Source: Octopus vulgaris
Lineage: Eukaryota
Assembly: GCA_951406725.2 (NCBI GenBank)
Contig: OX597814.1
Location: 169,156,001 to 169,404,000 of the forward strand
Length of the DNA: 248,000 bases
Reading direction: 5' to 3'
Part shown: piece after piece, positions 223,401 to 238,190 of the stretch
How the letters are laid out: each line of letters begins with the position of its first letter
Position numbering within the stretch: position 1 is the first letter of the stretch
Position numbers and translations under genes: made by a program
Notes under the pieces: generated by a model
Databases searched by the model: none
Told to the model about the DNA's origin: nothing
The model's input: only the letters and a program-made list of their open reading frames with translations

Positions 223401-223925
223401 TAAGCTAACACTCTCTCTAATTAGTTGGGCTATAACCCTCTCCGTAACCTTCATTACCTGATCCAGCAGCTTGATGCCTCTGTAGTTATTTGTATCTAGG
223501 GCGTCGCCTTTACCTTTGTAGCAGTTGACTATTATGCTGCTACACCAGTCATTGGGTATGACTCCCTCGTGTATCACCTGGTTAACTATACGGGTGACTA
223601 AGCTATAGCCGACACCACCAGATATTTTGAGCATCTCTGCAGTAATTCCTGATGGGCCTGGGGCTTTCCCTGTTTTCATGCTTCTAATTGCCTTATCTAC
223701 TAAGGAACTGTTAACTCGGATTGCTGGTCCCTCTGTTGGGTCGACATTCGGCAGACTCTCTTTATCCCATTCATTTTCTTCATTCAGCAACCTTTCATAG
223801 TGGCGTCTCCAAGCCTCTCTCTTTGCATCCTCATTTAGTGCAAGTGAACCGTCATCCTTGCGAACACACTTCTCTCCTACCACGTCACAGTTCTCTCTCA
223901 CACACTGTCTTGCAACACGAAATGA
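220479..223925 (-). mobile_element. RTE-clade LINE, 5'-truncated, young copy 2
   Basis: Longer ORF2 remnant than copy 1; ~4-unit 3' UTR array; (ATG)n tail. Confidence 0.95.
222063..223925 (-). CDS. LINE reverse transcriptase (RTE ORF2) with embedded PHD-type finger
   Basis: Same RT motifs as 11304; extends to FRVARQCVRENCDVVGEKCVRKDDG. Confidence 0.92.
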   Translation of the reverse strand, partial: SFRVARQCVRENCDVVGEKCVRKDDGSLALNEDAKREAWRRHYERLLNEENEWDKESLPNVDPTEGPAIRVNSSLVDKAIRSMKTGKAPGPSGITAEMLKISGGVGYSLVTRIVNQVIHEGVIPNDWCSSIIVNCYKGKGDALDTNNYRGIKLLDQVMKVTERVIAQLIRESVSLDDMQFGFVPGKSTTDAIFLVRQLQEKYLAKDKPLYLAFVDLEKAFDRVPRSLIWWSMRKLGIDEWLVRAVQAMYRDAASKVRVGNEYSEEFRVEVGVHQGSVLSPLLFIIVLQAITEEFKTGCPWELLYADDLALITESLSELEEKFQVWKQGLESKGLRINLAKTKVLISRKVDQSQTTSGRWPCSICKKGVGRNSIRCTKCKLWTHKRFSNVKGRLTRKIVFVCGRCSGAINTGNVQRPTSTTFQGDKLEVVDSFRYLGDQVSSGGGCAESVTARVRIAWAKFRELLPLLVTKGLSLRVKGRLYDACVRTAMLHGSETWAVTAEDMRKFARNEASMLRWMCNVSVHNRQSVSTLREKLNLRSVNCGVQERRLRWYGHVMRMAVDSCVQKCYTLAVEGTCGRGRPRKTWDEVVKHDLRTLGLTKEMTRDRDLWKYAVHEKTRQE

Positions 223926-225400
223926 AGAATAAAAATATTCTGCTGATCTGAATAAAGAAATTTTTGCTGGAACATGGGGCAGGTCAAGTGACAACTAGGC
224001 TTACATAAGGATAATGATGGTATTGTAGTTGATGGTGGTGGTGGTGGTGGTGTGATGGTGGTGAAAGCGATGAGGATGATAATGATGATGATGTCATCAT
224101 GGCCAATGCCAGTGTCACATAGCAAGCACCCATGCCAATGGCATGTAAAAAGCACCCTTTGAACATGGGGCCTCACAGAAGCAATGGTAAGTGACTGAGA
224201 TGACCAAGACCTTTTGTGAAATGCTGTACTTGAGAAGCCTTGTCAAGCCAAGTGAAAGCTTAGTTGTGGCCAATGCCAGTGTCACATAACTGGCACCCAT
224301 GTGGTGGTATGTAAAAAGCACCCATTACACTCTTGGAGTGGTTGGCATTAGGAAAGGCATCCAGCCTTTGAAACCATGCCAAATCAGACTAGAACCTGGT
224401 GTAGTCCTACAGCTTACTAGTTTCAGTCAAACCGTCCAACCCATGATGATGATGATGATGAGAATGAGGATGATAAAGATGATTCTGTTGATAATGACAA
224501 TGATCATGATGATGAGGAGGATGAGGATGAGGATGCTGCTGTTACTGCTGACGATGATGATGATGCTGATGATGATAACGATGACAATGATGGTGATGAT
224601 GATGATGAGAATGAGGATGATAAAGATGATTCTGTTGATATTGACAATGATCATGATGAAGAGGAGGATGAAGATGCTGCTGCTACTGCTGACGATGATG
224701 ATGATGATGCTAATACTGATGCTGCTGATGATGATGACGACAATGATGGTGATGGTGATATGATGAATAGACTGCTGATACAGTTGCTGATAGTGATGAT
224801 GTTGATGATGTCTTATCATCATTTTGCTTTAAAACAAAACTCCATCAATCTACCTTAGAATGTGTGTACCTTTGAGGTTTATTTTTTTTATATACATATT
224901 TTGGGGTCAGAAGGAAGAGAACATTTTGCTTTTTCCAATTTAATTTTTAAAAAAACTTATTTTCTTTTTTAAAAACGATAACCGAAAAAAAAAAAGAAAT
225001 TATTTAAAATAAAGTTATTTAAAACTAAAACTGCTTTCTTTCACTTTTTATATTTTAGTTATGATATTTTTGCATAACAATATATTTGTTTGGTTATTGA
225101 TGAAGCTACTATTGATTTGTGAAAACTCACCTAAGGAAACTGACTGCATCAGAACCTTAGCAGACAGTTCCATGGCATTATTCACCATTTGTTTTGTAGC
225201 AGGTAAAAATAAATCAATTATCTCCAAGTATTTGCTACCCCTGTCTCACCCCTTACTCGTTTCCATTGTAATTCAGACATGTTTGGATGTATAACTAGTT
225301 TCTGTGTAAAAATGAGCGCATGCCTGTGTATAGATGTGTTTATATGATGTGCATATGTTTGTGTGTGTATGTGTGTTTGTGTGTGTGTGTGTGTATGTGT

Positions 225401-225467
<67 letters not shown>

Positions 225468-228400
225468 ATCAGATTTCTCATGAATATTAGATGCTTGTAT
225501 AATTCTGATCTGTTTGAATGTATTGCCTCCTTTTCTGTGTAGGATGTGTATATGTGCCTGTACTCTGTGTGTGTATGTGTATGTTTGTGTTTGTGTTTTT
225601 GTTTTTATGTGTGTGTGTGTGTGTGTTGTTTTGAGCCTTTGTGAATGTATGCAATCCTGCATGTTCATGTTTGTGTAAATATATATTGAAACACAAGTGC
225701 TCACATATGAACATACTCTCCTACATACATACATGCATACACACTCTCTTGCATACATACATACACATGTATGTCTGTACTGATTTTGTCATTCTCTCTG
225801 TTTCTGTCATACCTTTTCCAAACACATGCATACACAAACACACACACACACATGCAAACATACATTTGCGGCTTTTCTCTATGTATCCAGCTTGTTCATG
225901 ATTTTGTATGGAGCTGCAATCTTTGTACAGCTCAGATACACAGGGGGAAGACACATTCTTATATTGCAGCTTGCTGTCTATGGTTACAAACCAGAACCTC
226001 AGATTGTTTTATAAAACAAGGTCCAGTCCTTGTTGTGGTGTGGTAGCTTCTGTGCCACAATGATTCTAAGAGCAATGCCAATGGAGCACAAACACCTGGT
226101 AGGGTCTCCCATAACATATAACATCGCCCTTTTCAAGCCTAGCCAGACTCGTGGGCCCGGTTTCCCGGTTTCTATGGCATACGTGTTCCCCCCAGCTGGA
226201 CGGAATGCCAGTCCATCACAGCATTACTCAAGAAACAGGAAGAGAGAGTGAGAGAAAGTTGTGGCGAAAGAGTACAGCAGAGAGGTATAGCTCCTTTTCC
226301 CAGGTGTGTAATATATGAATAGTTATGATGATGAGGGTTCCAGTTAATTAGATCAATGGAACAGCCTGCTCATGAAATTAATGCGCTCCATAGATATGCG
226401 TGCCCTTAATGTAGTTTTCAGTGAGATTCAGCATGAAATACAGGCACTACTCATTTTTATCAGCCCAGTGGACTGGAGCAACATGAAATAAAGTGTCTTG
226501 CTCAAGGGCATAACACGCTACTGCGCATCAACCCTCATGACCTTATGACTGTAAGCTGAATGCCCTAACCACTAAACCAAGCACCTAACAGTGTAGTTAC
226601 CTGTAGAGAGGTATAGCTTCTCTTCACAGATGTATAATAAATCATATACGAAGGAGTGTCTAGCAGTTCCTGGCTTTAAGGGTATCATGAAAGGCTTAGT
226701 TGGAGGCCCAACCTTCTGAGTTCTTTTACAGGGATTAGAAAAACTGAAGGGCTGTTGCAATGTCTGTGAATCTGAGAGAAGAATATGTTGAATAAAATCA
226801 TAATTAACTGATCCTCTTGTATTTTCTTTTAACCAAAGCCAGGAACTTTTCAGCACACTCTTGTATGAATAGTAAGAACTGAAGTAAGCCATGTATTCAA
226901 CCTTGTAAGACTGATGCCTTTTTGGATGACTGATAGGAAGATTGATCTAAAACAGTGCTTTGCAACCATTTTTTGCCTATGAATCCTTTTGATTCTTACT
227001 TTACTCGACTGGACCTCTATAGCCATTTGATGCATATAAAAAAAACAAAAAATATTTTTCATCATCATTTAGTGTCTGTTTTCCATGCTGACATGAGTTA
227101 GATGGATTGACTGGAACTGGTAAGCCAGAGAGCTTGCACAAGGTTCTAGTCTGATTTGGCTTGGTTTCTATGGCTGGATGCCATTTCTAACTCCAACCAC
227201 TCCAAGAGTGTAAGGGTGCTTATTACGTGCCACCAACATGGGTGCCATTTACTTGTCACTGGCAATGACCATGATTAAGGTTTCACTTGGCTTGATGATT
227301 TTTCTCAAGCACAGCATTTTGCCGAAGGTCTCAGTTACTTGTCATCGCCTTCATGAAGCCCAACATTCATAGATCGTTTCACCATGAGGCCCAGTATTTG
227401 AAGATATCACTACCAGCAACAACCATGATTATGATTTCACAGGTGCCATTTATATGACTCTGGCAACAGCCATAACTAATTTTATAATTAAATATTATTA
227501 GAAATTGTATAAAAAGTTCTTTTTAATATTTTGTATATGGTAGCAGTATAAGCAATTTATTGCACATAAGTTTTAACAACAAAATCTTATAAGGAACCCC
227601 AAGGGTCATATAAGGACCCCTAAGGGTCATATGGACCCTGCTTGAGGAACACTGCTCTAAAATGATACCTTTGATAGATTTTACAATCGCTTTAGTAGTT
227701 TCCAGAGTATCTCTTTGGATTTCAGAGTTCTTTTGAACCATACTTTGCTAGAAGTGATACATACTCTTCTAGGACTGTGACACATACTTTATAACTATCA
227801 CAGTAAAAATACCTGTTGTGCTGTGATTTGGTCCGAATCCAAATTGTCTTTTAGAAATATCTAGGTTTTCTTCAATCAGTAACTTTATTGTTGTTTCTTG
227901 ACTGTTGATTTCATTACTTTGATGTTGAGTGATGATCAGTATTTTGGTGGCTCAGTTCTAGAATTCGTCTTGCCTAGAGGTTTTATAAAACAAGGTCCAG
228001 TCCTTGTGGTGTGGTAGCTTGTGTGCCACAATAATTCTAAGAGCAATGCCAATGGAGCACAAACACCTGGTAGGGTCTCCCATAACATATAACGTTGCCC
228101 TTTTCAAGCCTAACCAGGCTCATGATCCTGGTTTCCCAGTTTCTGTGGCATATGCGTTCCTCCCAGCTGGACAGGATACCAGTCCATCACAGCATTATTC
228201 AAGAAACAGGAGGAGAGAGTGAGAGAAAGTGGTGGCGAAAGAGTACAACAGGGGTCACCACCACCCCCTGCTGGAACCTCGTGGAGCTTTTAGGTGTTTT
228301 CACTCAGTAAATACACACAACGCCTGGTCTGGGAATTGAAACCGCGATCCTCCGACCGCAAGTCTGCTGCCCTAACCACTGGGCCATTGCGCCTCCACAT

Positions 228401-228924
228401 ACTGGAGTAAAACAGTAAAAAGAGTAAGAGTAATCCCTAAAATACTACCATGGGCCCAAAAACGTTTTATATGAACCTCCCCAGGGTTCATATGGACCCA
228501 GTTGAGAACCACTAGCTTAAGTGTAAAATAAATATTATAAGTGAGGTTTTCAACTTATTTAGAATAATACTGCAAATAAATCAAAAATTGAAATAGGGAA
228601 AACTAGGAGCAGTTTGCTCCATAGTGTTCCTTCACAATTTTGATTAAAATCTGGAAGATTTTTTGCAGTTTGAATTCCTGTTTTCAATTTCAATCTTAAT
228701 GATATTTTCAGTTTTCAAGATGATGTTCCATAGCATTGTGTCAGATTGTCAGATGTTTTGTGGTTGGCTGTCAGCTTTCCATATTTGATACTGGCAAAAC
228801 ACATTGACTTCACCATTTGTTGTCAAATGTGCAGTTGTGTAGTGTTTCTTGATGAGGACATGAATGTGGTCTGTTGTGCCAGAGAAAGGAGAGAGAGGGA
228901 GGAAGAGCAAGAGATAGATAGATG

Positions 228925-228991
<67 letters not shown>

Positions 228992-230273
228992 GGATAGATA
229001 GATGGATGGATGGATGGATGGATGGATGGATGGATGGATGGATGGATGGATGGATGGATGGATGGATGGATGGATGGATGGATGGATGGATGGATGGATG
229101 GATGGATGGATGGATGGATGGATGGATAGGTAGGTAGGTAGGTAAGTAGGTAGGTAGGTAGATAGATAGATAGATAGATAGATAGATATAGTGTGACTGA
229201 TTGGGGGAGTTTACAAGGCTCTACAATTCTTGTTAATATTGTTGCTTCTTAAGATGATGAGCTGGCAGAATTGTTGACCCACCAGACAAAATGCTAAGGG
229301 TCATTTTGTTTGCCTATACATTCTAAGTTCAAATTCTATGGTCGACTTTGCCTTTCATCTTTTCGAGGTTGATAAAATGAGCACTAGTTAAGTATTGGGG
229401 CTGATGTAATCAACTAGGCCCTTTCCCTGAAATTGATGGCCTTATGCCAAAATTTGAAATCAATATTGTTGCCTCTGAATTGTTATTGCACCAGGCAAAA
229501 TGCTTAGTGGTATTTCGTCTGTCTTTATACTTTGAGTTCAAATTCTGCCAAGGTCGACTTTATCAGTTGAACACTGAAATTTTTGGCCTTTTGCCAAAAT
229601 TTGAAACCAATATTGTTGCTTCTTGATTATTTCATTCACTTAGTTTTCATCGTGCTTTGTTTCCACCTAATTCTCTGCCACAATGTATTATGGATTTGCT
229701 GAAGAAGAAATATTTGTTCTTTGAAGTAATACACTTCTTTAACTGAAAGAGTTTCATTCCAGTGACTGGTCTGTATTTGTCTTTGAACCAAGCTTTATAA
229801 GTGGATTTTTTTCACCGTTGACTTTGTTTGCAATGCAAATGTGCATAATTTTGTAAACAATTTCTCTAACTAAAATCCAGATTTTCCTATGATGTTTCTT
229901 TTAAATAATACTTATACACTCTCACATGTATGTATGTATGTATGTATGTATGTATGTATGTATGTATGTATGTATGTATGTATGTATGTATGTATGTATG
230001 TATGTATGTATGTATGTATGTATGTATGTATGTATGTATGAATGTATTGTATGTATGTATGTATGTATGTATGTATGTATGTATGTATGTCATTGCTCAG
230101 TTTTATTTCAAGATTTCTTGCCAATAGAGAATGAGCTGGTTTCTAGCCTATATCCAAGGCTCCTTCATTGGAATTTCAACATCAGCAATAAGGTATTTTG
230201 TATGTATGTATGTATGTATGTATGTATGTATGTATGTATGATTGCATGCATGCATGTATGTATGTATGTATGT

Positions 230274-230313
<40 letters not shown>

Positions 230314-231265
230314 ATGTATGTATGTATGTATGCATGCATGTATGTATGTATGTATATGTGCAGATTTGTATGTCTTGCTTTATGTATGTATTCTCATGCA
230401 TATAGTTGCATATCTAGACATGCTCATATATATTTAAATGATAAACTTCTGAAAAGTTTACAGATTTTCACAGTTCCAGTCATGGATTGGATCTGTAGTC
230501 TTCAGATTAGCTTTCTCCTTTCTGGTTTTGAGAAGCCTAATTTCTCAAGATTATTATTTAGGTAGTGTGTGACATATCCCGAGGCCCAAAAATTACAGGT
230601 ATAAACTTGAAATTGCAATCTGGATAGAGTAACTGCAGATTTCTCAATAGTTCAGCATAGGTGTTCTCTTTTTCACTAATCTTCAGCTTTATGTTAACAT
230701 CAGCTGGGCAGCTAATTTCCACAACTGTGCATAGTTTTTTTTCTCTGTCTCAAATCACTATATCAGGTCTATTGTGCTTACAGTTATTGAGGTCTTCACT
230801 GAGACAGTCTACTAATACTCCTTTTTATTATGAGTGGTTATAGCTTCTACCATACAGTGGGTTCATATTTCTTTGTCTTCGGAGTTATCCTTCTGATGGA
230901 TTTCATTATAGAGTGTCCTAGATACAACATCAGGTCTCATCGGTAGATAATACCATGATGACATTTTCAGACAACTGCTTATGATGAGGGTGATATCTTC
231001 AGTGTTAACTCCACAAAGTCTGCAACAGTTGTCACATTTTACTGCTTTTCTTTTATGTATGTATGTATATATGCATGCATGCCTGCATGTATGTATGTAT
231101 GTATGTATGTATGTATGTATGTATGTATGTATGTATGTATGTATGTATGTATGTATGTATGCATGCATGTATGTATGGATGGATGAATGTATATATGTAT
231201 GTATGTGTGTGTGTATGTATGTATGTATGTATGTATGTATGCATGTATGTATGAATGGATGAGTG

Positions 231266-231299
<34 letters not shown>

Positions 231300-231419
231300 T
231301 GTATGTATGTATGTATGTACGTATGTATGTACATGTGTATGTATGTATGTATGTATGTATGTATGTATGTACGTGTGTATGTATGTATGTATGTATTTAT
231401 GTATGTATGTATGTATGTA

Positions 231420-231850
231420 TAGATTGATGTATGTACATGCAGGGTGTCCAGAAAATCATAAGAGAAAAGGAAACATTTGCTGAAATTGCAACAAAAACTG
231501 GATACTGTTGAAATTTTTCTATAATATGAAGTAAAACGTGAAGTTTATACACAAATATTTTATAAATTTGTATTTGGCCCCTATCCATTGCATGAAGGAC
231601 ATCTAAACAATATTCAATTTTTGTCCATGTCCTTCTTGACACACCCTCATCAATAGTCACAATGGCAGTAGTGATTCTTTGCTTAAGTTCATCCAACTCC
231701 TTTATGCTACTTTGGTACATGATTTGTTTTGTATAACCCCACAAGAAAAAAGTCTATGGGTGTTATATCTAGGGAATGAGGGGTCAAGTAATTGGGCCAC
231801 TTTTTCCTATCCAGCAATCTGGAAACCTTTCATTTAAAAATCTGCAGATG
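231420..231850 (-). mobile_element. Tc1/mariner C-terminal relic
   Basis: WGYTKQIMY...IDELDELKQRITTAIVTIDE. Confidence 0.65.
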
Positions 231851-232599
231851 GTTGCATGTGAAATAAAATTTGAGTGAGGTCGTTGCCAGTGCTGCTGGAC
231901 TGGCTCCTGTGCAGCCCTGTCAGTTTACTGATCAAATGTGGTCAAAGATAGTTCTCTTAATGTATCAGTCTGCTTTCAGTGTTTTACTCTGTCTTTCTCC
232001 TTAGCAGCACAGTGATGAAGCTAGTTCCCATACACAATGGCCATGGAACCAGAAACAAATATTCTACCACATCTACAAAAATCTGTATATACACAAACAA
232101 CTCAGTGCAGTTGTATATTTCACATGGTGGTGGAAAAGTGTAGTTGACAAGGCTGTTAGAGAAAAGAAACAGGCCTGGAGCTACTAACAGTTTCGTGTGA
232201 ACGTATATTTAGGCAGGTTTTTATAATACACCTAGTGTCTCTAAACAATCTTTAGGCCCTGAGCACATGGTTTGTTCTGCTTGAAAATCTGGATGCAGGT
232301 ACATGAGAAATCACAAGAAAAAACAAAAGAAGGTTGATGCAAAAAACCAGAAGGGTAAATACAGTGGAGAAAGTAAAGAAAGAAAATTTGACTGTAGCAA
232401 CCATAGTTAAACTAGTTGTTATAGAATAATTAATAATTCGATGGAGAGGCATCCAAACTCTGCATGACAGCTGCTCAATCTGGAGAGAATGGTGTGCTCC
232501 AGTTTGCCAAAAGAAATTTATCTAAATGCTTGCATTTTCCTGAAAATTTCAGTTTTCCAATTAAGTAATGCAGTAGAATTCTTAGATCTAAAAGGAATG

Positions 232600-233280
232600 T
232601 GTGACATTTTGGTTATGCATAAGCTGCATTTTCAGATCCATTTACATCTGACATGGATTTTTCGACAATTTCCCACTTGATTGTATGTGGTGTGCAGTTG
232701 ATCTTCAAACTCAATACGCAGCTAGCCAACTTGGTGGCTTTACTTTTGTCAATGTGCTGGAAAGAAGATTGATGGTTTGCATAACATCTTTTGAAATTGC
232801 TTTCACATACACTGATGTAATTTTTCTTTTCAGTTAGCTTATCTTGAAGCATTGCTGTGACTTCTGTCTCATAGCCAACGGAGTTTACCATACACACCTA
232901 ATCTAGTGGGCTAGCAGTGTCTTGACAATTGCAGCTGGGAATAGGCTCTTGGTGATGCTTACGAGTGATTATGTTTTTCATATTGGGGCAGCAGCTGTAT
233001 GATATTTTAATTGAGTGTCTTTTAAAAATCTTCCCATATTTATGGTTTACTGGGAAATGCTTATCTAAAAAGAGACAGAAATTTATTGCCTACATTAGTT
233101 TTAGCTTTTTGAGAGAACGGTGGGGCGAAGCATATTACTTTCTTAGGCCTATTTTTTGGTGTAATTTTATGACAGATGTTTTTATTTGAAGGGTTGCAAT
233201 ATATTTTATCTTTGAAGCCACTGTTAGCTAGAGCATTGTTATAGTAGGGGGCTGCCATATCAAATATTTCTTTAGAGGAG
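232600..233280 (-). mobile_element. Penelope-like GIY-YIG relic
   Basis: YISVCESNFKRCYANHQSSF...KATKLAS...IKWEIVEK; VICFAPPFSQKAKTNVGNKFLSL. Confidence 0.65.
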
Positions 233281-234656
233281 GAGAGATTAGATATGCTATT
233301 ACTGATGTCAGCTATCAGATTAAGTACTATAGAGGACTGACTTCACAGTAAACCATAATAAATACAGGAAGATTTTTGAGCTTCCATCACAATTTCTTGA
233401 TAACTTATGTTCCAGTCACTAGCTTGATAATGACAAAGTTATTTCTTCAATATTTTCAAAATTAATGGAAACAAAGACAATGTATTTCAACATGTATTTC
233501 AAATATGGTAGCAAAAAAGGTTCTTCTATGTTCCAAATACCAGTCTATAAATGACAGTTATTTTACTAAATTGTTCGTTATTTTTTCAAAACTTTAATTG
233601 AAATAAAAGCAATTTATTTAAATAGAAACAGGGCATTTAAAGAGTTAAGACAGACCAGAAAAGGAGAACAGGGTCACTGACAGGATCTGAACCACAAACC
233701 ACCATATAGTTGTCTGCTTACCAAGGAGACAAGTGATAGATTTGAGGTTCAGATCCTTTCAGTGAGACTATGGTCTTCCTCTGTCTGAAAAATGGCTCTT
233801 ATAATAACTAATATAATTTTATGTGAAAATAATTTTTTCCTTCATAAGTATTATTCTAAAAACTTTAAAAACAATCCCTCAAGTGGTAAAAAAAAATCAA
233901 AGAGGAAAAACAGAAAAAATCATCAGAATCTATAAAAACAATTAAATAAAATTATCATTACAACTGTTTCTTTTCCTAATATATTTTATTTTAATGTTAT
234001 TCTTACTGCAATTTTTGTTAGTTTTTATCAATGTAATTCTTATTAGTGTTATTTTTGTTGAAATTTATATTAGTATTATTTTAATGTAATTTATATTAAT
234101 TTTTTTTATGATAATGCCATTTTAATTAATATTATTTTTGTTAATTTTATCATAATTAATATTGGCTTTATCAATGTTATTTTTATTACTGCTGCTTTTT
234201 ATAAATTCTATATCCATTAATCTTATTTCTGTTAATCTTATTTTTGTTAATTTTATTTTTGTTAATATTATTTTTATTAATGTTATTTTAGCCAATGTTA
234301 TTTTTGCACTTTAACAGAAAAATCAAGAAATAATTCTAATATTAGTTCTGTTGAAGATGGTGAGCTGGAATATTTCTTAAATTAATGACACTTGACCATT
234401 CTATGAAATACCACAATATTGATAGTGTTAACTCCATTACATGCTTGTTGGCATTTCTTGTGGTCCTTTATTCTGGGTTCAACTGCCACTAAGGTTGACT
234501 TTGCCATTCATGTGTTAGGGATCAATAAAATAAATAACAGCTGTGCACTGAGGTGATGTAATTAACTCCCCTTAAAATTGCTGGTCTTGTGCCAAAGTTA
234601 GAAAGAATTGTTAGCACTGCCATGTAAAGAACACTGGTGCTAGCATCACTTCGAAT

Positions 234657-235337
234657 GCACTCATGCCTATACCATGTATAAAATGAACTCATGCCCGTAC
234701 CATGTATAAAATGAACTCATGCCTGTACCATGTATAAAATGAACTCATGCCTGTACCATGTATAAAATGAACTCATGCCTGTACCATGTATAAAATGAAC
234801 TCATGCCTGTACCATGTATAAAATGAACTCATGCCCGTACCATGTATAAAATGAACTCATACCTGTACCATGTATAAAATGAACTCATGCTTGTACTATG
234901 TATAAAATGAACTCATGCCTGTACCATGTATAAAATGAACTCATGCCTGTACCATGTATAAAATGAACTCATGCCTGTACCATGTATAAAATGAACTCAT
235001 GCCTGTACCATGTATAAAATGAACTCATGCCTGTACCATGTATAAAATGAACTCATGCCTGTACCATGTATAAAATGAACTCATGCCTGTACTATGTATA
235101 AAATGAACTCATGCCTGTACCATGTATAAAATGAACTCATGCCTGTACCATGTATAAAATGAACTCATGCCTGTACTATGTATAAAATGAACTCATGCCT
235201 GTACCATGTATAAAATGAACTCATGCCTGTACCATGTGTAAAATGAACTCATGCCTGTACCATGTATAAAATGAACTCATGCCTGTACCATGTGTAAAAT
235301 GAACTCATGCCTGTACCATGTATAAAATGAACTCATG
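234657..235337. repeat. 28-bp minisatellite, ~24 copies
   Basis: Unit gcctgtaccatgtataaaatgaactcat. Confidence 0.95.
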
Positions 235338-235798
235338 TCGGTGTCGGTGTCATGTAAAAAGCACTTGTGCGGATGTCATGTAATAGCATCCATGCCAATG
235401 CTGTGTAAAAACTACCAAGTACACTCTGTAAAGTGGTTGGTGTTAGGAAGGGCATCCAGTCACAGAAACCATACCAAAAGAGACATGGAACCTGGGCAGC
235501 TTTCCAGCTGGTCAACTCCTGTCTAACCATCCAGCCCATGTCAGGATGGGAAACAGACATTACATGAAGATGATACTCTTTTTATTTTTTGTTTCAGTCA
235601 TGTGACTGTGGCCATGCTGGAGCACTGATTTTGGTCGAGCAAATTGACCCCAGGACTTATTCTTTGTAAGTCTCGTACTTATTCTATTGGTCTCTTTTGC
235701 CAAACTGCTAAGTTACGGGGACGTAAATACACCAGCATCAGTTGTCAAGCAATGTTGGAAGGACAAACACAGACACACAAACATATACACACATATAC

Positions 235799-235858
<60 letters not shown>

Positions 235859-236430
235859 GACAGGCTTCTTTCAGTTTCTGTCTACCAAATCCACTCACAA
235901 GGCTTTGGTCGGCCCGAGGCTATAGTAGAAGACACTTGCCCAAGGTGTCACGCAGTGGGACTGAGCCCGGAACCATGTTGTTCATAAGCAAGCTACTTAC
236001 CACACAGCCACTCCTGATGATGATGATTGATGATGATGATGATAAGGATGATGATGATGATGATGATGATGATGTATCAAGTAACACACCCTATAATATC
236101 CCTATGTTTCTCATATTTCAAAGAAGGGTTACATGCAAAGTTTCTTTTTTTTGTTTTTTGTCTGCAAAGCTTCCAAAACTCAAGACAGAAATAGAGGAAG
236201 ACACAAGTCACTGACTACTGAGGTCAGATGTTGAGCATGAAAGTAATGAGTCACTCTAGGATGAGAAGACTGGTTTGAATGCTTACAATAGAGTGGACTT
236301 TATTAATGATGCCTAAGGATCAAGTGATAAACGTTAAACTAACTACTCGATCAAGTCAAGAGGTCAACTTATTCTCCTTAATTTCTGAGTGCAGAAAGGC
236401 AAAAACAATAGACTGAAGGTTTATTTATTT

Positions 236431-237485
236431 GAACCCTTTCGTTACCAAACCGCCCAAAGCCGTCCGAAAAAAATTTTGGTTAATGTGACCAAACCGCCCG
236501 AATTTACCTATTCATATTTAAATGAGAATATCAGAGCAAATCTCTTTAGTACATTCGTGAAAACACGTATTATACTTCGTAAACAGTTCAACTACAGTTT
236601 TGTACAATAATCGAAGTGTAATTTTAATTCCGTGAATTTTGAGAGATTTTTTTCCGAAATTTGTTCCTATTGTGTTTTCAAAATTTGTAATTCTGACAAA
236701 AAATGGATACGAATTTCATTATATCAAGCAGCTTCTACTGAAGACCTTCATAAATCTAACTCTATGACTGAAAAAAAAAAGCACATGGTATTTGATAATG
236801 AATCTGATGTTTCATTTTCCGAAAGTGAAAACAGTGAATTCGAGAGCTCCGACAGTGATAAAGAAAACGAATTGGCACCTGAATGGAGTGAAAATTTAAA
236901 AACTGTTTCTTTCGGTGATTTTTCTGAAGAAACTGGACCAAGCCACAGACTTTCCCAGAGGAGTAAAGCCTTAGACTATTTCTTTTTACTTTTTCGAATG
237001 AGCCTATTTGAAATCATTACGGCGAAAACAAACCGTTACGCTAAACGTAAACAAAGCGAAAGAAACGATAGTTTGTGGTTTCCCATAACCTTAAATGAAA
237101 TTAAGACTATTTTGCCGCAAATATTATTATGGGTATCAGAAAGTTACCCAGAATAACAAATTCTATCGTAAAATTTTGTTGTATACCCAATTGAATATTA
237201 GCTAATAACCCATTTTCTATAGCGATGTTTGAACAAAATTTTAATTTTATATATTGTTGAATTTACCTGTATCTACCTGCAATTAGAGTCACTTTGTGAC
237301 TGACAAAAATTATAGTATAGAATTGGTTGAGAACATTTCATTAAATTATCTTCCAAAAATCAGATTAATATATTGATAAATAAAAAAGTTATAGTTGTTT
237401 AATGAAACCAGACTAAATTTATGATTACGTTAGAAATTAATTGAAACACATATTTTGGTCAGAAATATAGTAACGAAAGGGTTAA
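236431..237485 (+). mobile_element. piggyBac-derived deleted element
   Basis: TIR ccctttcgttacc ... gtaacgaaagggttaa; ORF ...ALDYFFLLF..FEIITAKTNRYA..WFPITLNEIK; related MITEs at 57283-57510, 89370-89822 and 197470-197697. Confidence 0.75.
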
Positions 237486-237696
237486 AAAATGTGGATTGGG
237501 TTTCAAATCTTAGTTTACCTCTTTTGTAGCTGTTTCCTACACTATCACCAACCCACACCTGTTTCCAAGTAAGGCAATATTTCCCATGAGCAGTCCTGTT
237601 ATCAAGGAATATAAGGAATGAAGGACACCGCTTATATGATCGTGACACTCATTTACAACTATCGCATAATTTCAAGGCAAGTAATCACTTACACAT

Positions 237697-237745
<49 letters not shown>

Positions 237746-238142
237746 TGACAGGCTTCTTTCAGTTTCTGTCTGCCAATGTCGTCATTCACAAGGCGTTAAT
237801 CAATCTGGAGTGTTAGTAAAAAAAAACACTTGCCCAAGGTACCACACAGTGGAATTGAACCTGAAACTGTGTGGTTTAGAAAACAAAACTTCTTAGTGTA
237901 CAGCCATGCTTGCACCATGTAATTTAATAAATCAATCTTCCAATAAATTCTCATTTCTTTCCATTTCCATTTTATTTTATTTTTAAATCTCTCGTGAGAC
238001 TATTTCTGATTCTGCTGGAATATTTCTTAAATTAATGACACTTGACCATTCTATGAAATACCACAATATTGATGGTGTTAACTCCATTACATGGTTTCTA
238101 TAGGTCAGGTTTTAAATCGATATCTCTGATGGTGTTGTTCGA

Positions 238143-238190
<48 letters not shown>

